Assembly: GCA_030390025.1 (NCBI GenBank)
Contig: CM059432.1
Location: 5,084,001-5,148,000, forward strand
Length of the DNA stretch: 64,000 nt
From: Squalus acanthias
Lineage: Eukaryota
Direction: 5' to 3'
Part shown: in pieces, positions 37,580-49,447 of the stretch
How positions within the stretch are numbered: the first letter of the stretch is position 1
Layout: every line of letters begins with the position of its first letter
Notes under the pieces: model-generated
Seen by the model: only the letters and a program-made list of their open reading frames with translations
The model's database searches: none
What the model was told of the DNA's origin: nothing
Translations under genes and position numbers: made by a program

Positions 37580-38899
37580 TCATAGAAGTGTAACTTCTGT
37601 ACAGCTGCATAAATTACTCCAGGACCAACTTTCAGGTCATTCACTTACCCCACTAGCCCCGATGATCCAAGAGCATTTTGTAGACTTTTGCCCTATAAAT
37701 AGCCTGCTTCAATAAACAACCACAATCGCTCAGGCTAAGATAATAACAGGATAGGATAATAACATGGTTACCGACACTGCTTATAAAATTTGATCAATGG
37801 GACGTTCAGCAGTTATAAAAGGAAAGATGAACAACAAAACTGGATAGCTGAAAAAAAATACCAAAGACATTAATCTTAATAAAATGGCTGGGATAGGGTT
37901 CTAATGTCCAATTTGCAAACAATTTAAGACAACCAAATTCTTTTACGTTCAAGCCAATAAGCATACACCTAGCCATGATGTATTTTCCATTTAAAAGTGG
38001 GAAGCTCAGTTTAGTTTCTCAGTAGTAGATAGTTACAGCCATTCAGAAACGGATCTAAACCTGGCTTTGATGCAGGTCACCATTTTACAGGATATTCCAC
38101 TTAAACGCAATTTGCTTTGCAACCATATTTTGGGTAACGCTCTCCTTTTGTTTGCACATCTATCTTAATGTTTTCAGCTTTGAAACGGTTTCCCAGAAGC
38201 AGAAGACACGGGATGGCTGCCAGTGACGTACAAAGACAGTAACCTAATCAATGGGGTCAAATAACAAACAGCAAAACACAAGTTGTTTACAGTCGTCAGC
38301 TGAACTCTGAAATCAGATTCTTTCCCGAGGTTGACCCAGCCTCTATCGTATGTCAGTGTTGTTACTTGGCTTATTCAGCATTGTGTGCATTAAATTTAGG
38401 AACAACCGCATTTAAGCTAATGGACTTCAATGCTGTGCATTGCTCTTATCATCTAAAATGACTCTCACCATAGAAGCAGTGTGCCTGTGCTGGCTCTATT
38501 AAAAGCTCTATCCACTTAATGCCATTCGCCTGCCCGTTTTTCTTTTTCCAGGATTTATCCATTTTCCTATTATTGATTCTGCTGTCACCACTGTTTCAGG
38601 AGGGGGCATTCCATGTTCAAAACATCTGCGTAATTAAAAAAAAATCTCCTACGCTTTTCCTTTATTCTTTAGATGATCTTTAATTTAAGCCCTCCAGTTC
38701 CCCACGCATTGACCAGTGGAAATAGTTTTTCCCTATTTACGTAGCTACATCGTACTTGCAGCACAGAAAGAAGCCATTCGGCCCAGCAAGTCCATACCAG
38801 TGTTTATTCTCCACAAGAGCCTACTCCCACTATGGACTTCAATAAAACGCCTGATAATTTTGAACACCCGAACATGTCTCCTCTTAGCCTTCTGATCTT

Positions 38900-39652
38900 T
38901 TTCAAATGGTGAGAAACTTTTAAATGTTGGTGTTGAGAGAGATTTGGGTGTCCTCGTGCAAGAAACACAGAAAGCTAGCATGCAGGTACAGCAAGCAATA
39001 AGGCAAATGGCATGTTGGCCTTTATTGCATGGGGGTTGGAGTATAAGAGTAAGGAAGTCTTGCTACAATTGTACAGGGCCTTGGTGAGACCACACCTGGA
39101 GTACTGTGCACAGTTCTGGTCTCCGTACCTAAGGAAGGATATACTTGCCTTGGAGGCGGTGCAACGAAGGTTCACTAGATTGATTCCTGGGATGAGAGGG
39201 CTGTCCTATGAGGAGAGATTGTGTAGAATGGGCCTATACTCTCTGGAGTTTAGAAGAATGAGAGGTGATCTCATTGAAACATACAAGATTCTGAAGGGGA
39301 TTGACAGGGTAGATGCTATGGGGTTGTTTCTCCCTGGCTGGAGTGTTTAGAACTAGGGGGCATAGTCTCAGGATAAGGGGTCGGCCATTTAAGACTGAGA
39401 TGAGGAGGAATTTCTTCACTCAGGAGGGTTGTGAATCTTTGGAATTCTCTACTCCAGAGGGCTGTGAATGCTGAGTTGTTGAGTATATTCAAGGCTGAAA
39501 TAGATAGATTTTTGGACTCTAGGGGAATCAAGGAATTAAGGATCAGGTGGGAAAGAGGAGTTGAGGTCGATGATCAGCCATGATCTTAATGAATGGCGGA
39601 GCAGGCTCGAGGGGCCGTATGGCCGACTCCTGCTCCTATTTCTTGTGTTATG
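38900..39652 (+). mobile_element. CR1 LINE 3' fragment
   Basis: ORF 39012..39350 LYRALVRPHLEYCAQFWSP. Confidence 0.9.
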
Positions 39653-39699
39653 TTCTAGTGGGGGAAAAGACAAAACAGGTTTTCTCCTCAAATAAAAGA

Positions 39700-40160
39700 T
39701 TGATTTGCATTTCTCCAGCGTGACCGCAGGACATCCCAAAGCGCTTTACAGCAAATGAAGTACTTTTGAAGTGCAGTCACTGTTGTAAGGTAGGCAACGC
39801 GGCAGCCAATTTGCGCACAGCAAGCTCCCACAAACAGCAATGTGATAATGACCAGATAATTTTTTTTTTAGTGATGTTGGTCGAGTGATAAATATTGGCC
39901 CAGGACACCGGGGATAACTCCCCTGCTCCTCTTCGAAATAGTGCCACGGGATCTTTTACATCCACCTGAGCGCGCAGACGGGGGCCTCGGTTTAACGTCT
40001 CATCCCAAAGACGGCACCTCCGATAGTGCACCACTGCCTCAGTACTGCACTGGAGTGTCAGCTTAGACTTTTGTGCTCAAGTCTCTGCAGTGGGACTTGA
40101 ACCCACAACCTTCTAACTCAAGAGGCAAGGGTGCTACCAACTGAGCCACGGCTGACACTG
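39700..40160 (-). mobile_element. DeuSINE copy, full length
   Basis: Head, Deu domain and tail all present. Confidence 0.88.
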
Positions 40161-40861
40161 TGAAATGAAGTGTCCCATCCTGGTCTGATCTGAATAAATG
40201 TCATCTGTACCCACCCCATGGCCCCAACATCCTCTTCAAACAAAGCTACGGCCACCAGTAACTCACCCAGGTGTTAGAGCGGTCTGGTCAGTTTCACCTG
40301 CACCTGATGGAGCTGAACAGGGCTGAGGTACACAGCAACACTTTAACAAGGTGCAAACAGCTGCTGGAACTGCCTGAAATAGTTTGGGTTTAGACTCTTG
40401 TTAGTGCGGGCAGGGGGAGGGTTTGTATCGAGGGGGCTGGCCTGGGTCTTTTTGGGACTGACAGACCCTGTGTTCTGCAGCACTTTGTTTTCATCTCAGA
40501 CCTCCTGAATTTGTATTTTCTCCGTGCCCCAATTGCTCCCACTTTGTTGCCTTTTCATTACTATGGACCCCCCACCCTGCTCCTGACTAATTGCACATCG
40601 TTTGTTTTTTGCTTTACTACTGCCTCACTGATTTATATTATTTGAGTTTTCAATAGAGCAGTTTGCAGGCAATGAACTCCCTCTGTGATTGGAGAGTCTG
40701 TTTTGCAACCACCACCTCCACTTCCCTTTTCTCTATTTTCTGCAAACTTACCAAAATGTTTGTGGATCTTTCTCAGATCTGATGAAGAGTATCCACCCCC
40801 AAAGATGAATATGCCCTTTGTCTTAACATAGGCTGACTGATCCACAATGTATTGCCAGCAT

Positions 40862-41145
40862 TTTCGACAGCACCTCCCAAACCCACGACCTCTTCCACCT
40901 AGAAGGACAAGGACAGCAGGCACATGGGAACACCACCACCTCCAAGTCACACACCATCCTGACTTGGAAATATATCGGCCGTTCCTTCATCGTCGCTGGG
41001 TCAAAATCCTGGAACTTGCCAGCTAACAGCACTGTGGGAGCACCTTCACCACACGGACTGCAGCAGTGGCTCACCACCACCTTCTCAAGGGCAATAAATG
41101 CTGGCCTTGCCAGCAACACCCATCTTCCCATGAATGAATAAAAAA
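40862..41145 (+). mobile_element. CR1/L2-group LINE 3' fragment
   Basis: Collinear (inverted) with 41550-41965. Confidence 0.75.
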
Positions 41146-41335
41146 CAAATGTTATTCTTGGCTCAGTTGGGTTTTTTGCATGTCCAATTTATGGTTGCAA
41201 AATGAAATTCAAATCACATTCAGTTTGCCATTGTGAAGGGGTATACAATGGGATGTAAAATGAATTCTTTCGAGTTTATCAACTTAGCCATCACACCTTC
41301 TCAAAGGACGGCCCCAAAATTTTTATTGACTTTAC

Positions 41336-41432
41336 CATTGATAGAATTGTCCAACCCATCCAGCTCTAGTGCATTCGTGTTGTTCTCTTTATTCTTGTTG
41401 GCAAGCAGAACAAGACCATCTTCACAGATCTC
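41336..41432 (-). CDS. TRAPPC8: TRAPPC8 exon, 97 nt: EICEDGLVLLANKNKENNTNALELDGLDNSIN(D)
   Basis: Divergent but keeps EDG...LDGLDN. Acceptor ttttctctttattgaag, donor gtaaag. Phase 0-1 is needed to join the flanking exons in frame. Confidence 0.9.
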
Positions 41433-41549
41433 CTTCAATAAAGAGAAAACACAAATTTAATACACTTCATAGAATAAAATTTTATAACATTTTATAAAAT
41501 TGGGTATAAGCTACATATTCCCGTAAGATACAACTGAGACACTCTAGGT

Positions 41550-41965
41550 TTTTTTCATTCGTTCCTGGGATATGGGTGTCGCTGGCAAGGCCAGCATTTA
41601 TTGCCCATCCCTAATCGCCCTCGAGAAGGTGGTGGTGAGCCGCCTTCTTGAACCGCTGCAGTCCGTGTGGTGAAAGTATTCCCACAGTGCTGTTAGGGAG
41701 GGAGTTCCAGGATTTTGACCCAGCGACGATGAAGGAACGGCAATATATTTGCACGTCAGGATGGTGTGTGACTTGGAGGGGAATATGCAGGTGGTGGTGT
41801 TCACATGAGCCTGCTGCCCTTCTTCTAGGTGGAAGAGGTCGCGGGTTTGGGAGGTGCTGCTGAAGAAGCCTTGGCAAGTTGCTGCAGTGCATCTTGTAGA
41901 TGGTACACACTGCAGCCACGGTGCGCCGGTGGTGGAGGGAGTGAACGTTTAAGGTGGTGGAAGGG
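41550..41965 (-). mobile_element. CR1/L2-group LINE 3' fragment
   Basis: SLHHRRTVAAVCTIYKMHCS...RSFIVAGSKSWNSLP. Confidence 0.8.
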
Positions 41966-42899
41966 GTGAGGTTAGAACAGGTTAGGCCTAGCTCAGACTG
42001 ATGGGATGAAGGTCTCTGCTCTACTGGACACAATGACATTGTGATTTCATCCTAGTTTCAAGTGGTTTGGAGTCTACGAAGCAAAATTGAAATTTCACTT
42101 GGGGCTACATGATAAGATAGTCACTAGTAAATTCAATGGGGAATTCAGGAGAAACTTCTTTACCCAGAGAATGGCGAGAACGTGGAAGTAGTTGAGGTGA
42201 ATGGCACAGATGCCTTTAAAGATGCATTCAAGAGGAAGCTAGATAAGCATGAGGGAGGAAGGATATGCTGATGGGGTTAAATGAAGAGGGGTAGGAGGAA
42301 GCTCGTGTGGAGCAGCATAAACCTGGACCGGTTGGGTGGAATGGCCTGTTTCTGTGCCATAATTATTTTGTAATACTTAGTAATAGGGTGGGGTAATGAC
42401 CACAATGGTGCAAAGTAAGGGATTCCCTTCAGAAGGTGGGGGTGTATTCTGTAGCAGGCCATTCTGTACCTAACTTCTGCACCAACATCCACTTTAAGTA
42501 TACAGCAAAATTGGAAAAGCTCAAGGAAGTAACTTGGCATTCGTGTTAGAAACAAAACTCAAGCTACTAAATTTTTTTAAAAATGGACTTCAGTGCAGTA
42601 CTGAGGGAGTACTGAAGTGTTGTCTTTCAGATGAGACGTTAAACCTCCCTGCTCAGGTTAAACCTCTTCTTCGACACTATTCAAAGAGCATGGAAGTTCT
42701 TCCACTGTCCTGCCCAACGTTTACCCCTCTACTAGCAACAACAGATTAGCTGGTGACTTATTTCAATGCTGTTGACGGGAATTTGCTGCCCCATTTGCCT
42801 TAAAAATGTGACTGCACTTCAAAAGTACTTCATTGGCTGTGTAGCGCTTTAGGATGTCCCGAGGTCAGTCTTTCAAAAGAGGTATATCCAAGTGCCTAC

Positions 42900-43053
42900 C
42901 TGGTTTTGCAAATTATTTCGATTCAAATACTGACTCCAAGGGTCGGGGATCTGCTCATCTGCTCCACTTGATGGTATTCGAGAGTTGAACTTCAGCAAAT
43001 AACATCCCTGCGTCCCGTATCTCTGTTTCATTTCTTCATAAACAGATTCAGCT
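42900..43053 (-). CDS. TRAPPC8: TRAPPC8 exon, 154 nt: AESVYEEMKQRYGTQGCYLLKFNSRIPSSGADEQIPDPWSQYLNRNNLQNQ
   Basis: Inside ORF 42873..43085. Acceptor cctgcag, donor gtaggc, phase 2-0. Confidence 0.96.
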
Positions 43054-43224
43054 CTGCAGGATAAGTTAGAAACCAGAGGTAACATGGCTCAAGTCAGAGG
43101 TATTAATCAGACAGTGAAATAAAAAGGAAACTGTAAAATTAAATGCTGCATATATCTACTACAGTGCACATTAATCTGGTCAGTGTTCAGATATATAAAT
43201 AACCGACAAAGCACTATATGCGAG

Positions 43225-43635
43225 TTGATTGGGCCTATACACTGGAGTTTAGAAGAATGAGAGGCAATCTCACTGAAAAACAATTCTATGGGGGATTGAC
43301 GAGGTAGATGCAGAGAGGTTATTTCCCTGATTGGAGAGTCTAGAACTAGGGGACAGTCTCAGGATAAGGGGTCGGCCATTTAAGACGGAGATGGAGGATT
43401 TTCTTCACTCAGAGGGTTGTGAATCTTTGGAATTCTCTGCTCCAAAGGGCTGCGGTTGCTGAATCGTTGAGTATATTCAAGACTGTGATTGATAGATTTT
43501 TGGAATCAAGGGATATGGGGATCGGGCAGGAAAGTGGAGTTGAGGTCGAAGATCAGCCATGATCTTATTGAATGGTGGAGCAGGCTCGAGGGGCCATATG
43601 GCCGACTCCTGCTCCTATTTCTTATGTTCTTATGT
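43225..43635 (+). mobile_element. CR1 LINE 3' fragment
   Basis: Similar to 39230-39652. Confidence 0.85.
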
Positions 43636-44722
43636 GTAGATGCACAAGATTACATGTCTAGATCAAATAGTTCCATACAACCACAAGAAACTACCAAAGA
43701 GAAATCTATTGTGCAAAAATTCAACTCCAAAATTGGTCATAATTATTGAAACAGAAACACTTGTCATTTCAACAAGGGGAATGCAAACTCCAACTGGCAG
43801 GCATTTCGTATCTTTTCACACATCTGGAAATAATACTCCGGGTTAAGGCCCTCCCCATGCCGTCATCCTTAAGTATTCACAAAAAAAAACAATCCTGCCT
43901 TTGAAAATTTGGAATATCTTGCCAAGTAGAAGCAGGCCATGCAACTAAGGTTCTGATTTTGCAGTATTCAGGATACTGCCCGTTGGAATGCAGAACGATC
44001 AGAGTCAGCTCCCAATTTAATTCTTTTTAAAAGTTAGCGCTCACCACCCCCCCACCGCAAAGAAGAAAAATAACTGCTCAAGAACAAGGCTATTGTTGGA
44101 GTTCCCCCCCACCCCCCACTAAGAAAAAGTTTTAACAGTAAAGTCACAAATTAATCCAATTGACACTGATCAATTACATGTGCAAATTTCAGATTTATTT
44201 TATTCATCAACCTGTAAAGTAAGCGTGCTGACGTTGTTTGAATTCAAGACAGCTGATCTTGCGGGACAGATAAATGAACGGTTGTCTACATAATTGTTCC
44301 AATTTTAGAAGAGTCCCAATTTGCTCTTGATGTCGAGGAGGACCATCAATGATCACAAGACACGATTTAATGCCAGCAAAAGGCAGCCAGCCTATTACAA
44401 TAGTCATATTTCAAATGAATTCCTCCTCCACATATTATGGATAATGATTCAAACCTAGCAAAGCTGTTACATAGGAATAGGAGCTGGCCATTCAGCCCCT
44501 CGGGCCTGCCCTGCCGATGATGCGGATGTCCAACATCAACAATTCATCACTGACATTTCCCTTTCAACATCTAAATCGTGCGCTATCAGGGGATCAATTA
44601 CCAATTGTAAACAAAGGAATATTTTTCTCATTTAGCTTTTAAACCCTAGCTCTCTCTGGCAGTTGGTTTGCAGTGCATTAGTAATTCGGCCGCTTTTTTG
44701 CGATCTTAAGTCTTGTTTCCCT

Positions 44723-44986
44723 AGAACATAATTAGGAGTAGGCCATACGGCCCCTTGAGCCTGTTCAATAAGATCATCAAGGCTGATCCTCGACCTCAAC
44801 TCCGCTTTCCCGCCCGATCTCCATATCCCTCGATTCCCCAAATCTATTGATCTCAGCCTTGAATATACGCAACGACTGAGCATCCACAGCCCTCTGGGGT
44901 AGAGAATTCCAAAGATTCACAACCTTCCGAGTGAAGAAATTCCTCCTCATTTCAGTCCTAAATGGCCGACCCTTTATCTTGAGACG
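44723..44986 (-). mobile_element. CR1 LINE 3' fragment
   Basis: GRPFRTEMRRNFFT..VVNLWNSLPQRAV. Confidence 0.85.
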
Positions 44987-45981
44987 ATAATTGACGGGGT
45001 CTTGCAAGTTAGTTCCACTAATGCCCAATATAAGCACGGATCGTAACGGTTCATTATTGCTCTTCCCCCAATATCATACAGGGGTCAGTCAGTGCCTAAG
45101 GTTTGCGGTTCAGGACCTCTTTCAGATACTTAGGTCATCTGAAACCATCCTTCAGGTCAGTCACGGGATAATACTAGGGGGAGGGGTAGGAAAAAAATTC
45201 AAGTTCCCATGCTGAAAGACCGAGGCGTACTCGTTTTTTCAGCCTTGGAGTACACTTTTTAAAAGTAGCGCCAAGGAACAGGCAATGGGCAAGCATCCTT
45301 AGAATATTGGAAAGAAATGTTTTTCTTCCAATAGTCTCCCAGCACCATGGAATTATGTAACTAGATATACATCTCTCCTCCCCCCGCCCCCCAACAGTGC
45401 ACTTCAATGGTGAAAGGTAGTGAACTGTGAGACTTCAGAAAGGCAGAGGTAGTTTAAGTTGTGACAGCAGAGACATTTTGTGACCAACTTTCTGACTTGG
45501 GCTGAGCATAAACTATCATGGAAAAAGGACCCGCTTTGGGTTACGCCTTAGGGGCACCCGTCTATTCTGCCCAGGTCTGCTGTTCAGACCAATGCTTGAT
45601 AGAGCAGAGCGCAGCAGAACATCTGGCCACTCTGGGTGCCATTTTCTCAATGACTTAAAGCTTGGGAAGTCTAGAATTAAACCTAACTGTCTGACTTTAA
45701 GAACATAGGAAAGTACAGAACCAGAAAACACTCTGCAGTCCATCTGGCCAGCACCCCCCAAAAAAAACACAAATGCCCCTCAACTGCCCACCTCCTAATT
45801 ATCTAACGCTCTCCCTCAAGCTTTTTCCACATCATTTGTCCACTGCTTCCCAAGGCAGTCTGTTCCACATGTGCACCACCTCCTCCAAGCTTGAGCCCAT
45901 ATTCGCTAATTTGAGAGGTGGAAGGCAACTTTCACCATTTCTAAAGGGCTACCCCAGGATCAAACGATAAAAAAACCTTAC

Positions 45982-46156
45982 CTTTGTTCCTCCCCTTCGC
46001 TAACATCATGCAGCAAAACGTAATATTTCAGTGTATTTGGAATAAACCATTTTGGGTAGGAGTAGTCACTGCTATGTTGAATACGATGTTGCTCTTGCGA
46101 TAACTTCAAAAACTGTTCCACAGGATCAGGGTCCCTCGATGACACCACAAGCATGC
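45982..46156 (-). CDS. TRAPPC8: TRAPPC8 exon, 175 nt: (C)MLVVSSRDPDPVEQFLKLSQEQHRIQHSSDYSYPKWFIPNTLKYYVLLHDVSEGEEQ(R)
   Basis: Translation matches the TRAPPC8 stretch SDYSYPKWFIPNTLKYYVLLHDVS. Acceptor ccttaag, donor gtaagg, phase 1-2. Confidence 0.96.
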
Positions 46157-46384
46157 CTTAAGGAACACTCTTAAGGAAAATACATTACAAGCAAGCAATT
46201 TAAACACGATTTCTCAGTTGAATAAAATGACCAGCTGCCTTTGGCTCGACTCTTGGGGGGAAAAAGGTAAAATGTTTGGTAATTCATGGTGATACACGAA
46301 TCACTGATTCTCATCTCTCTTCAACAACATCCAAGTCTCAAGCTCAGAGACGGTCACTGCAGAGAGGCTGAGGCAGATTGTGGG

Positions 46385-46770
46385 TTGTGGGTTCAGGACA
46401 CACACAAAAAACTTGAGCACAAAATCTAGGCCTACACTTCCAGTGCAATACTGAGGAAGTGCTGCACTGTTGGCGGTGCCATCTTTCAGATAGACGTTAA
46501 TCCGAGGCTCCCTTTGCCCCCTCAGGTGGATGTAAAAGATCCCACTGCACTATTCTGAAGAGGAGCAGGGAAGTTCTCCCTGGTGTGCTGGCCAATATTT
46601 ACCCCTGAACCAACATCACAAACAGATTATCTGGTCATTATCACATTGCTGTTTGTGGGAGCTTGCTGTGCACAAATTGGCTGCTGCATTTCCTACAGTA
46701 CAACTGACTACACTCAAAAGTACTTAATTGGCTGTAAATCACTTTGGGGCATCCAGAGGTTGTGAAAGAC
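46385..46770 (+). mobile_element. DeuSINE copy (in U12 intron)
   Basis: Family similarity. Confidence 0.8.
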
Positions 46771-46877
46771 ATGGAAAAATAATTGGTATTGCATGTTAAT
46801 GCCAGAACTCTGGCAGAAATCCCAAATCCTATGTAATATAAACAGCATTTGACTGTCGGGCACTATAAATGTTCTAA

Positions 46878-47080
46878 TAGCACCATGGGATCTTCTACAT
46901 CCACCCAAGAGGGCAGAGGGGGACCTCAGTTTAACATCTCATCCAAAAGATGGCACCTCCAACAGTGCAGAACTCCCTCAATACTGCACTAAATTGTCAG
47001 CCTAGATTGTGCGCTCGAATTACTGGAGTGGGGCTCGAATCCTCGACCTTCTGACTGACGTGGGAGTGCCACGGCTGACG
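46878..47080 (-). mobile_element. DeuSINE 5' part, inverted relative to 46385-46770
   Basis: Family similarity on the minus strand. Confidence 0.75.
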
Positions 47081-47303
47081 CCTAAAAATATCAGGAATTT
47101 TACTTTATAGTAAAAGACTAGAACCATTTTCAACAACTAATGTAAATGAGTCAGAGGTACTTTCAAACTGAGCACAAACAAAACTGAAACCTGCATTGTA
47201 AAGGAGCAATCACTTCCTAATTCTGGATATGAAGCACAGCTCTTCAAATGCTTTCTTTAGTCACACTCATTCTGTACCTCTCAGATTGGCATTAAATAGG
47301 TGG

Positions 47304-47520
47304 ATGTGAGAAGTCGCACAACACCAGGTTATAGTCCAACAGCTTTATTGAAATCACAAGCTTTCGGAGCGCTGCTCCTTCGTCAGGTGAAGACTTCACC
47401 TGACGAAGGAGCAGCGCTTCGAAAACTTGTGATTTCAAATAAAGCTGTTGGGACTATAACCTGGTGTTGTGCGACTTCTCACATTTGTCCACCCCAGTCC
47501 AACACCGGCATCTCCACATC
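47304..47520. mobile_element. Fold-back Penelope-like insert with back-to-back hammerhead motifs (family B)
   Basis: Arms 47304-47391 and 47395-47484 around a GAC loop, then the same 3' tail as 25310-25344. Confidence 0.85.
47354..47390 (-). ncRNA. Minimal hammerhead ribozyme motif (family B)
   Basis: TCAC-CTGACGA-A-GGAGC(AGC)GCTCC-GAAAG-CT-T-GTGA, palindromic stem III AAGCTT. Confidence 0.78.
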
Positions 47521-47666
47521 AGGGTTGCTGAAGACAGTGAAGAACTTAATTTCAGCCACAGAAGACTTACGAGAGACTGGCTGGCTGCCCTGCAATGGCC
47601 CTAATTAGAGACAGATTTGTGGAATGCAATTTTTAAAACACCAGTTAAGTCCCAGAATCCCACCTC

Positions 47667-48351
47667 ATAACCTTGGTGTCGTATTAGACCCAGAGATTAG
47701 CTTCCAGCGACACATCCACGCCATCACCAAGACCGCCTACTTCCACCTCCGTAACATCGCCCGACTCCGCCCCAGCTCACCTGCTGCTGAAACTCTCATC
47801 CATGCTTTTGTTACCTCTAGACTTGACTGTTCCAATGCTCACTTGGCCAACCTCCCATCTTCCACCCTCCATCAACTTGAGCTCATCCAAAACTCTGCTG
47901 CCCATGTCCGAACTCACAACAAGCCCCGTTCACCTCTCACCTCCTGTGCTCGCTGACCTACATTAGCTCCCGGTCCAACAATGCCTCAATTTTAAAATTC
48001 TCATTCTTATTTTCAAATCCCTCCCTGGCCTCACCCCTCCCGATCTCTGTCATCTCCTCCAGCCCCACAACCCTCCAAGATATCTGCGCTCCTCCAATTC
48101 CGGCCTCTTGAGCATCCCTGATTATAATCACTCCATTGGCTGCCGTGCTTTCAGCTGTCTAGGCCCCAAGTTCTGAAATTCCCTCCCATAACACCTCTCT
48201 CCTCCTTTAAGACACTCCTCAAAACCTACCTCTGGCCAAGCTTTTGGTCATCTGTCATAAATCTCCTTGCGTGGCTCGGTGTCAAATTTTGTTTGATAAC
48301 GCTCCTGGGACTTTACTATGTTTAAGGCGCTATAAATGCAAGTTGTTGTTG
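47667..48351 (+). mobile_element. L2-clade LINE 3' fragment
   Basis: NLGVVLDPEISFQRHI..ITKTAYFHLRNIARLRP..LIHAFVTSRLDCSN and a (TGT)n tail. Confidence 0.88.
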
Positions 48352-48544
48352 CTGAATTAAACTTATTTCCTCACTGTAAACCAACAGTTATACACAAATG
48401 TATGCGTGTACACTTAATGCACTCTCCAAGACATCCAAAAAAAACCTATAGGGTCCTTGATACACAGCAAAAATACATTTTACCTGGTCAAAATAAGCAT
48501 ATCCAGTCCGTGTATTAACCATACACTAGTCAGAAAAAGGATAC

Positions 48545-48634
48545 ATGCCAAGTAGTGGTGTAGAAACTCATGGTCTGATGGAGGCATGGATTGGAAGAAG
48601 CATTCTCTGTAGGCCTCAAACCAAGGAGTGGTGG
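48545..48634 (-). CDS. TRAPPC8: TRAPPC8 internal coding exon (first in window), 90 nt: (A)TTPWFEAYRECFFQSMPPSDHEFLHHYLA(C)
   Basis: Manual translation resembles vertebrate TRAPPC8 (TTPWFESYRETFLQSMP..DHEFLNHYLAC, recalled). Acceptor ttcttttag, donor GTATCCTTT, phase 1-1. Not in the ORF track. Confidence 0.95.
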
Positions 48635-48984
48635 CTAAAAGAAATTAGAAAACACGATTAATACCGATGAGCTATTTTAAACACTTTTGACAAAAAGGAT
48701 ATCTATTAAAGGTATAATTTACACTTTATGGAAACAATTAGTTGAAGGTTACAATTTTTTTAAAAATACAGCGTGATGTCCCCAATAACAGATTCTCACA
48801 TAAAACAGAAAAAATATCGTCAACTACTTCACACGATAAAGATTTTTGTCTCATGTTTTATAAAACACAAAAGTCTTTATAACCACTTCAAGCCTTAACC
48901 CCATAGGGTGGAGCTTGAAGAGTTATTCATTGACTAAATAGAAATCAAAACTAGATCCAAAAGGCACTCTAACTGTTGTAATAC

Positions 48985-49447
48985 AAACGATACAAGCGCC
49001 TTTAATGAGGCAGTAAAACGTCCCACGGTGCTTCACAGGAACGTTATCAGACAAAATTTGACATCGAGCCACCTAAGATGCTCGGACAGGTGACCAAAAG
49101 CCCAGTCAAAGAGAGAGGTTTTAAGAAGCATGTTAAAGGAGGGCAGAGGTGTAGAGAATTCCAGAGCTTAGAGCCGAGGCAGTTGAAGGCACAGCCGCCA
49201 ATGGGAGGGGCGATGGAAATGGGGGAATGCGCAAGAGACCAGAGTTGGTTGAGCACAGAGTTCTGGGAGGATTGTAGGGCTGGAAAAAGTTGCAGATATA
49301 GGAAGGGAAGAGGTCATGGAAGGATTTGAAAACAAGGATGAGAATTTTAAAATCAAGGCGTTGCTTAACCAGGAGCCAATTTGGCCAGCGAGCACAGGGG
49401 TGATGGGTGAACGGGACTTAGTGCGAGTTAGCATATGGGCAGCAGCC
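48985..49447 (-). mobile_element. L2 LINE 3' fragment
   Basis: AAAHMLTRTKSRSPITPVLA; IGGCAFNCLGSKLWNSL. Confidence 0.8.

Larger units (their letters stand above)
46157..48544 (-). other. U12-type (minor spliceosome) GT-AG intron of TRAPPC8
   Basis: 5' splice site GTATCCTTT (plus 48536-48544). Branch-like TTTTCCTTAAG (plus 46170-46180) about 12-15 nt from the 3' AG, with no long polypyrimidine tract. Confidence 0.9.
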
